Source of the DNA: a virus
Length of the DNA stretch: 41,181 bases
Virus record (IMG/VR): IMGVR_UViG_3300020202_000046
Span: 1-41,181 of that record
Direction: 5' to 3' (one strand)
A model generated the notes under the pieces. That model ran no database searches. It was given only the letters and a program-made list of their open reading frames with translations, and had not been told where the DNA came from. The position numbers were made by a program, and so were the translations under genes. Positions 39,397 through 41,181 of this stretch are shown one piece after another. Numbering within the stretch: the first letter of the stretch is position 1; each line of letters starts with the position of its first letter.

Positions 39397-39552
39397 TCAA
39401 ATCTCCTTCCAGCATCTAAAACAAATTTTTTTGGGGTAATCATCTAAATCATAACCAGCACAATGAGCTAATAACCCAACAGGCTTTGCATAAGGCAAAT
39501 AAAATTTATCATGCATCCCCGCCCAGCACTTGATACGATTAAGCAGGGTCAT
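39397..39552 (-). CDS. hypothetical small protein (51 aa)
   Basis: Manual translation: MTLLNRIKCWAGMHDKFYLPYAKPVGLLAHCAGYDLDDYPKKICFRCWKEI. It exactly fills the gap between neighbouring genes. Confidence 0.5.
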   Translation of the reverse strand: MTLLNRIKCWAGMHDKFYLPYAKPVGLLAHCAGYDLDDYPKKICFRCWKEI

Positions 39553-39554
39553 AA

Positions 39555-39995
39555 TTAAAAACACTCGCAACGTTTATAAATTTGCTCATGCTTAACTATT
39601 CCTTCGCAGCGCTCACAAGTCATTCTATTTTCAAATCTTTCAAGTTCTGACACCCGCTTTTCCAGCGCTTCTATTTTTTGATTAGCATTTTCAAAAACAC
39701 CAAAAACGCCAGGCTTAAAACACTTGAAACATTTAGCACAAACTCCTGGGTCGTCTGCTTTATAAACAAGCACCAAATCACTACATCGGCAATATTCCTG
39801 TTTCTTCCGCTTCACCAGCCGTCTGCATTGTTTGATATGCACTGGATGTAAAATTTTATCGCCGCCATAAACAAATATTTTATTCCCCTTAATTTTCCCA
39901 ACAGTTCTAATTAGCCGGTAAATTTCTCCCTCCTCTTTGTAGCCGTAACTAGAACAATAAACTGCCACCTTATTACCCACATTAAACTTACCCAT
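39555..39995 (-). CDS. hypothetical Cys-rich protein (146 aa)
   Basis: Start moved to ATG 39995 (MGKFNVGN), behind a GGAGGTGGTG SD. Confidence 0.6.
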   Translation of the reverse strand: MGKFNVGNKVAVYCSSYGYKEEGEIYRLIRTVGKIKGNKIFVYGGDKILHPVHIKQCRRLVKRKKQEYCRCSDLVLVYKADDPGVCAKCFKCFKPGVFGVFENANQKIEALEKRVSELERFENRMTCERCEGIVKHEQIYKRCECF

Positions 39996-40114
39996 CACCA
40001 CCTCCACCGTTTCTTAGTCATCCACCGCCAAAACATTTTCAGCTCATCGCGCATCACAAAGCACACAAGCGCAATATCAAACGCAATCAGCATTTCAATA
40101 ATTACCGTTTCCAT
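39995..40114 (-). CDS. hydrophobic mini-peptide (39 aa)
   Basis: Manual translation: METVIIEMLIAFDIALVCFVMRDELKMFWRWMTKKRWRW. Its stop overlaps the next start (TGATG). Confidence 0.4.
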   Translation of the reverse strand: METVIIEMLIAFDIALVCFVMRDELKMFWRWMTKKRWRW

Positions 40115-40239
40115 CGTATCCACCTTTTGCTACGTAAATACTCAACGACAATTTTCGCTAACCACCAAACCAGCCATAGAGCCGCATAGCCAATAAAAAA
40201 TATCGGTATCAAAATCATAAAAAGCAGTACAGCGTCCAT
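40102..40239 (-). CDS. hydrophobic mini-peptide (45 aa)
   Basis: Manual translation: MDAVLLFMILIPIFFIGYAALWLVWWLAKIVVEYLRSKRWIRWKR. A GAGGAG SD is present. Confidence 0.45.
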   Translation of the reverse strand: MDAVLLFMILIPIFFIGYAALWLVWWLAKIVVEYLRSKRWIRWKR

Positions 40240-40390
40240 TATTTCTGCTCCTCGTTTTTCTTTTCCGGTAAGTTATTTTCTTGATACATACAAACCCCTC
40301 ATTTCTTCGATTTAAGCCGCTTTAACCGCCTACCCGCCACCCACGTATTGCTTATCAGCTTTCGTAAGCGCTTGCGTAGCCAGGAGCGCA

Positions 40391-40783
40391 TTAGCGCCGA
40401 CCTTCAACCATTAACTCTCCCACTCCCTCAAGAGGAAAGCCAAGATCACTATTGACAAATTGGTTAAAAAAAACTTTTCCGCGTGATGTTATATACAGCA
40501 AATTTCCCTGAGGAAGCCTGTAGCCATGTTCATCAACCGCCACCAAGCTAATTGTTCCATCGTTATTGTTAATCAATCGCAAAGTAACTTCCGGTTCTTT
40601 GTCTTTTGGTCTTTCTGCTTTCTCTCTCATCTTTTCTGAAAACTTTAGCAAAATCTGAAACAGTGAAGGCTCATGATGCATTTCTCCGCATCCTTCACAT
40701 TTTTTTTGCTTTGGCGCTTCATCGTCTCGTCTTGGAACAGCTTGCGTTTCAGTTTCAGCTTTTTCAAAGATTTTAAACTTCAT
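40391..40783 (-). CDS. hypothetical protein (130 aa)
   Basis: Track ORF. Confidence 0.6.
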   Translation of the reverse strand: MKFKIFEKAETETQAVPRRDDEAPKQKKCEGCGEMHHEPSLFQILLKFSEKMREKAERPKDKEPEVTLRLINNNDGTISLVAVDEHGYRLPQGNLLYITSRGKVFFNQFVNSDLGFPLEGVGELMVEGRR

Positions 40784-40809
40784 GATTTTCTCCGGTTGTT
40801 GTTAAAAAT

Positions 40810-41181
40810 TTATATCAGCGCCCACACCATACGCAGTATTTCAATATCGCTGGCTTTCGGGTTTTCCTGCCGCGCCGTTTTTTCAAGCGATGTCAGCATG
40901 GTTCCGATTTCACATGCCAGCGGCATATCCCACGGTTGATTTGCATAGTGCTTATTTTTAATTCGCTTGCAGCATCCAGCGCGCGCATCAGCAAGTTCAG
41001 ATTCAGGCGACTTAGGATAAATTGTGTGCACCGGCTCATTCTTGGCTTTGCATCTTGCAATCGCCTTGTTCAATAATTCGCGGAATGCTTTTGTCACGTT
41101 CTCCGGTACGCGGTTCCACTCGTCTTTGCAAAGCTCTATCGCTGCGTCGACTTCTTCGTCCGTTACGTGCCAGTTCGCAAA
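40810..41181 (-). CDS. 3' part of the split 195-aa replication-module protein (see 1..343)
   Basis: The frame stays open upstream of the track start (41097) to the window end and continues into 343..1 via the 127-bp overlap. Confidence 0.5.
   Translation of the reverse strand, partial: FANWHVTDEEVDAAIELCKDEWNRVPENVTKAFRELLNKAIARCKAKNEPVHTIYPKSPESELADARAGCCKRIKNKHYANQPWDMPLACEIGTMLTSLEKTARQENPKASDIEILRMVWALI
41055..41181. repeat. terminal direct repeat copy 2
   Basis: Identical to 1-127. Confidence 0.97.

Larger units (their letters stand above)
1..41181. mobile_element. complete temperate tailed-phage genome (integrase, attP, cI/cro switch, replication, morphogenesis, lysis); unique length 41054 bp
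   Basis: Gene content read from ORF translations. An exact 127-bp overlap of the two window ends closes the circle. Confidence 0.9.

Noticed and set aside
40316-40345. Fourth family member (CCGCCTACCCGCCACCCA resembles the 3' strand of the closing helix)
   Set aside because: No complementary 5' strand, T-arm or conserved flank lies nearby on either strand. It is probably a chance GC-rich similarity.

Overview
The window holds one complete temperate tailed-phage genome assembled as a circle. Bases 1-127 recur exactly at 41055-41181, so the unique length is 41,054 bp, and one replication-module gene is split across the window ends. The regulatory layout is lambdoid. A divergent cI-like (HTH + S24 peptidase) and cro-like (YdaS-type) switch lies at 2.0-3.0 kb. 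The leftward unit (minus strand, wrapping through the window ends) runs: cro, early genes, a DUF1376 replication protein with an internal iteron/AT-rich origin-like region, a possible P-like protein, about 6 kb of small nin-like genes (Hjc-type nuclease, Zn-ribbon mini-proteins, DUF551, DUF2829), then the late operons and a lysis cassette. The late operons encode a terminase-small-like protein, TerL, portal, scaffold, a P22-size coat, adaptor/hub candidates, Gly/Gln-rich ejection-type proteins and tail fibres. The lysis cassette has an M15 peptidase, a 3-TM holin and a spanin-like protein. The rightward unit starts at a near-duplicate promoter/operator at 4641-4677. It drives small early ORFs, YopX, a Sak4-like ATPase + DUF669, an HTH gene and a second DUF2829 gene. 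It ends in xis-int, a two-gene cargo, attP (a 45-nt tRNA 3' fragment), dam and small Zn-finger ORFs. cI is followed by cargo in the rexAB-equivalent position (lipoprotein + SAM methyltransferase + divergent HTH). The most unusual signal is a three-member family of tRNA-derived structured non-coding elements at 4837-4954 (+), 8454-8585 (+) and 36947-37052 (-). They share a conserved closing helix and an encoded UCCA tail, have different interiors, and each ends 16-22 nt upstream of a strongly Shine-Dalgarno-led gene. One copy folds as a non-canonical cloverleaf. Other points of interest are the int-attP cargo (58-aa membrane peptide + protein with AEP/Prim-Pol-like motifs), two Tad2-like DUF2829 genes, a shared CCCCTCAWTTCCCCT motif ahead of both late operons, a consensus sigma70 promoter whose initial transcribed 25-mer is duplicated 250 bp downstream, and repeated gene-junction sequences around small early cassettes. 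All calls come from reading the sequence and from remembered family patterns. No searches or folding programs were run.
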